From Fimbriosthenelais zetlandica (taxonomy: Eukaryota), in contig OZ365115.1 in the NCBI GenBank assembly GCA_977030845.1, forward strand, positions 29,202,001 to 29,266,000: a stretch of DNA of 64,000 nt. Direction: 5' to 3'. A program made the position numbers and the translations under genes. Position 1 is the first letter of the stretch; every line of letters begins with the position of its first letter. Below the pieces are notes generated by a model that saw only the letters and a list, made by a program, of their open reading frames with translations, did no database searches and was not told the DNA's origin. Below are positions 61,757 through 64,000 of this stretch, in pieces.

Positions 61757-63570
61757 TCTCCCTCTAAATACAAAATAGTTATATGATTGTTGATATGTAT
61801 CAATATAGGATCACCTGGAAGAAGATTTTTATCAGTTATTCCCGGATGAGGTCCGCCCGTGGAACGCTATGTTACTATGGGGAACACAATTCTCACGCTC
61901 ATCTCTCCATATTGACCCTTACAACTGGACGGGGACTAACGCCGTGCTCAAAGGTCGTAAGAAATGGAAGGTGAGTGATGTATTCACACACACCTCTTGT
62001 AACATTAATTGGATTATGGTTGACAAATTTGAGGAAGGTTAGGGTGTCAAGCAAGATTAGGATGGCAAGACTTGCCCCATCTTTAGTCTGCGTCAACAAA
62101 ATTTGAGGCGTTTCAAGAGGTATATGCATCCCAAATATAAAATCGACGTAATGTCGTATATTACGAAATATTTGTTCGAAAAAAGATCTTTCGACCAACA
62201 AAAAATAATTCTCATTTCTTTTGCAGCTATTCCCGCCAGGTCAGGATCATCTCTTGTATGTGATGAGAGGCCGGAAGTCAGGATTTCCCCTCAATAGTTA
62301 CAAATACAACAGGTACGACATGTTTATAAATCTACCTTGGCTTTTTAGAGACATGTAGACTTAGGAATTCTTAAGTCTGCAATTGATGAAAAGTCATTTG
62401 AGTCAATGAGAGTCCGAATTCTTTTGGGGGATGGCCCCCTTGTCTGCCTATATTTATTTCCATTGTCCTATATATGATTATACTTGAGATACCTTGAACT
62501 AACTTGTGATTTTTCTCTTTCAGCCCCGTGGACGCCTATGATATAGACATGCTGAGTTATCCTGTTTTCACCACCACCCAGCAGGTGGAGTTTGAGCAGC
62601 TCCCGGGCGAGCTGCTCATTATTCCTACAGGCTGGTTCCACCAGGTGGCGTATCGCTCCTTACCAACCCTACTCTCAGTCCCTCTAACCACGGATAGCTT
62701 CATCTTTGCACGTCCTTAACAATTTTTAGAAGAATTCACTGATATTATAATAGCCGAACTATCCGAAATAATTTCCGGACGTATTAGTAAATCATAATCA
62801 TATAAAAACCTTATGCTTGGTTTTGGTCTCGATTAAATGAAGTTGGTATTGACAAATCTGTCTTGAATTGCAGGCATTTAATATGGAGGAGACGATAGCC
62901 ATTTCTAGTCAAGTAATGAACAGGAACAATTTCCGTGTAGTCCTGGAGGAGATTATAAAAGCTGGGAACGTGAAGAGATTTCAGTTTCCTCCTTATATAG
63001 ATGACCTCTCGCCTGTTGACCAGGTACGTATCAATGGTAAAAGGGAGATTTTGTGGAATTCTAAAGACAGTACTCCATTGCTATGATTTTGCTTGTGACA
63101 CTTCTGCGACAAAGGTGATGTTTGTGTCGCAATAAAAAGAAATGTACCAATGGAGGACGGCCTCAAGGCCTTGGAGACTAAGACCACAATATATTAATTT
63201 TATTGCGACACAACATCAAATTTGTCGCAGTAGTGTGGCAAAATCACACCAGTGGAGTACAGGCTTTAGAATAGTGTCGATTTATTAGACCTACCTATAC
63301 TTTGCGCTATATCCTGTCCAAGCCCCCATGACAGTATACTTCGTCTTTCCCCCACCATCCCTATTTGAAAGTTCCTTTCCCACCTCACTATACACTCACC
63401 TATTGACATGCAGTAGTTATAGCAATCTGATGTCTTTCTAGGTGAGGACAGTTATGTCTCTTCTGCCTCAAGAAATCTTAGATCGTGGTCGGCATGTGAC
63501 AGCTGATGCCTTATATCAGATTGAGCATGGGTATAAAGACAGGCAATATCAGCTACCCCTCGATGACTAG
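52780..63570 (+). CDS. Spliced gene (8 coding exons, 464 aa): membrane-anchored JmjC-domain 2OG/Fe(II) oxygenase, JMJD6/JMJD4-like
   Basis: Join 52780-53267, 55368-55476, 59582-59731, 61809-61970, 62227-62312, 62524-62644, 62874-63023, 63442-63570 = 1395 nt, open from ATG to TAG with all GT-AG introns and matching phases. Motifs: DRRSDLSLQEFWDVYDGKWPVILTD..W; LLWGTQFSRSSLHIDPYNWTGTNAVLKGRKKWKLFPP; EFEQLPGELLIIPTGWFHQAFNMEETIAIS. These align by eye with JMJD6 (HIDP..[36 protein letters not shown]). Orthology is not established, so no symbol is given. Confidence 0.93.
54838..54987. promoter_or_regulatory. Cluster of RFX X-box motifs in intron 1
   Basis: GTTGCCGTGGTAAC (54908-54921) fits GTNRCC-N0-3-RGYAAC. 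Near-matches GTTGTCATGGCAAT (54838-54851) and GTTACCATGGTACC (54974-54987). Confidence 0.5.
55130..55204. repeat. (CACT)n microsatellite, imperfect (intron 1)
   Basis: tcactcactccctcactcactcatacactcactccctcactcactcactcactcacccactcactcactcactc. Confidence 0.95.
55368..55476 (+). CDS. JmjC gene coding exon 2
   Basis: ctttcag|G CCT GTA ATC... completes the W codon and reads PVILTDVVPKWSAFNWSREFLFENYGKERVTMKAVD; donor gtaagt. Confidence 0.93.
56311..56560. repeat. 35-bp minisatellite, 7 copies, with internal palindrome GAGTTATAACTC (intron 2)
   Basis: Units start at 56311, 56346, 56381, 56416, 56451, 56486 and 56521; consensus tggagttataactcattgagttgttccctatttgt. Confidence 0.95.
59582..59731 (+). 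CDS. JmjC gene coding exon 3
   Basis: Long pyrimidine tract, tttttttcag acceptor; 150 nt reading NSLDQAVSLALPLELFYKNTHKAYPNRWTYVEDELFIPTRPQLKKDIGHC; donor gtaagt. Confidence 0.92.
59756..59935. mobile_element. Same MITE family, copy 1 (intron 3), opposite orientation and more decayed
   Basis: Begins gtactccactg...ctgcgacataagtgatgcttgtgtcgcaataa. The internal segment 59827-59861 (ccaaggccttaaggccgtccaccactggtacattt) matches the reverse complement of 63140-63174 at 32/35 nt. Ends ...gagtac. Confidence 0.75.
60228..60281. repeat. 26-bp perfect tandem duplication (intron 3)
   Basis: gatatatttcttgacacttccattaa occurs twice. Confidence 0.9.
61703..61754. repeat. C14 run followed by (CT)n microsatellite, within a ~200-nt pyrimidine tract upstream of exon 4
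   Basis: Read directly from the sequence. Confidence 0.95.
61809..61970 (+). CDS. JmjC gene coding exon 4 (HxD motif)
   Basis: Reads DHLEEDFYQLFPDEVRPWNAMLLWGTQFSRSSLHIDPYNWTGTNAVLKGRKKWK; H codon CAT at 61908; donor gtgagt. The acceptor caatatag is weak, so the exact 5' edge is slightly less sure. Confidence 0.92.
62227..62312 (+). CDS. JmjC gene coding exon 5
   Basis: cttttgcag acceptor; reads LFPPGQDHLLYVMRGRKSGFPLNSYKYN plus AG; donor gtacga; phase 2. Confidence 0.92.
62524..62644 (+). CDS. JmjC gene coding exon 6 (distal His ligand)
   Basis: ttttctctttcag acceptor; reads (S)PVDAYDIDMLSYPVFTTTQQVEFEQLPGELLIIPTGWFHQ; weak donor CAG|gtggcg. Confidence 0.92.
62874..63023 (+). CDS. JmjC gene coding exon 7
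   Basis: gaattgcag acceptor; reads AFNMEETIAISSQVMNRNNFRVVLEEIIKAGNVKRFQFPPYIDDLSPVDQ; donor gtacgt. Confidence 0.92.
63058..63272. mobile_element. Foldback/MITE-like element, copy 2 (intron 7)
   Basis: The left arm attctaaagacagtactccattgctatgattttgc...ctgcgacaaaggtgatgtttgtgtcgcaataaaa is the near reverse complement of the right arm ttttattgcgacacaacatcaaatttgtcgcagtag...gcaaaatcacaccagtggagtacaggctttagaat. No coding capacity. Confidence 0.8.
63442..63570 (+). CDS. JmjC gene coding exon 8 (terminal)
   Basis: tgtctttctag acceptor; reads VRTVMSLLPQEILDRGRHVTADALYQIEHGYKDRQYQLPLDD then TAG; possible ATTAAA poly(A) signal near 63774. Confidence 0.85.
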   Translation: MRTVMSLLPQEILDRGRHVTADALYQIEHGYKDRQYQLPLDD

Positions 63571-64000
63571 ATGCTATACCGTGTACCATCCAGGTCTCAT
63601 CATCATGCTTCCATCCTACAATACATCTATAGCCTCTCATTTTGGTGTTCTATTACGGCATTTGCATTCAATGATGAACTTTCTAAACGGAATGGTTGGC
63701 TTGACAACACTGAAGCTTTTGAAGTTGTGCATTTGTGCATTACGAATGAAAAGTGAACAGTTGTGCATTACGAATTAAAAGCGAGATTTCTAAGGAGTTG
63801 CAGACGTGAACATTGAACATTGGGAAAAGTGCCTTTTTGCTAATTATCTTCGTATTTGTGAGTGACTAGAATATTGGTCAATTACGTTCCTGATTTTCCC
63901 ACTACAAGAGAGAAGGGAGTGGATTGCTTTACAACAAGGACATTTCTGGTGGCTACATGCTCATCTATCTAATCGTATTCGTTTTATTATTTTGACAGTA

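Noticed and set aside
63665-63710. SECIS-like ATGA…AAA…GA in the 3'UTR
   Set aside because: The helix does not pair and the CDS has no in-frame TGA.

Overview
This is AT-rich (roughly 40% GC by eye) eukaryotic genomic DNA from an intron-rich animal. An echinoderm-like marine invertebrate is my inference from sequence style, not a proven assignment. One complete protein-coding gene can be reconstructed on the + strand: 8 coding exons between 52780 and 63570, all introns GT-AG with consistent phases, 1395 nt, 464 aa. It encodes a JMJD6/JMJD4-type JmjC 2-oxoglutarate/Fe(II) oxygenase with an intact H-x-D...H triad. Unusually, it has an N-terminal basic tail followed by one transmembrane helix, which predicts a type II membrane enzyme with its catalytic domain in the secretory lumen. 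Its introns hold two oppositely oriented copies of a foldback MITE that bracket the in-frame catalytic exons 4-7, a 35-bp palindromic minisatellite, an RFX X-box cluster and microsatellites. The preceding ~52 kb has no intact gene that I can recognise. It contains decayed coding or transposon remnants (one Crypton/DUF3504-like) and many motif clusters that look like enhancers or promoters. I found no rRNA, tRNA, CRISPR array or prokaryotic system. Almost all ORFs in the supplied track are noise.
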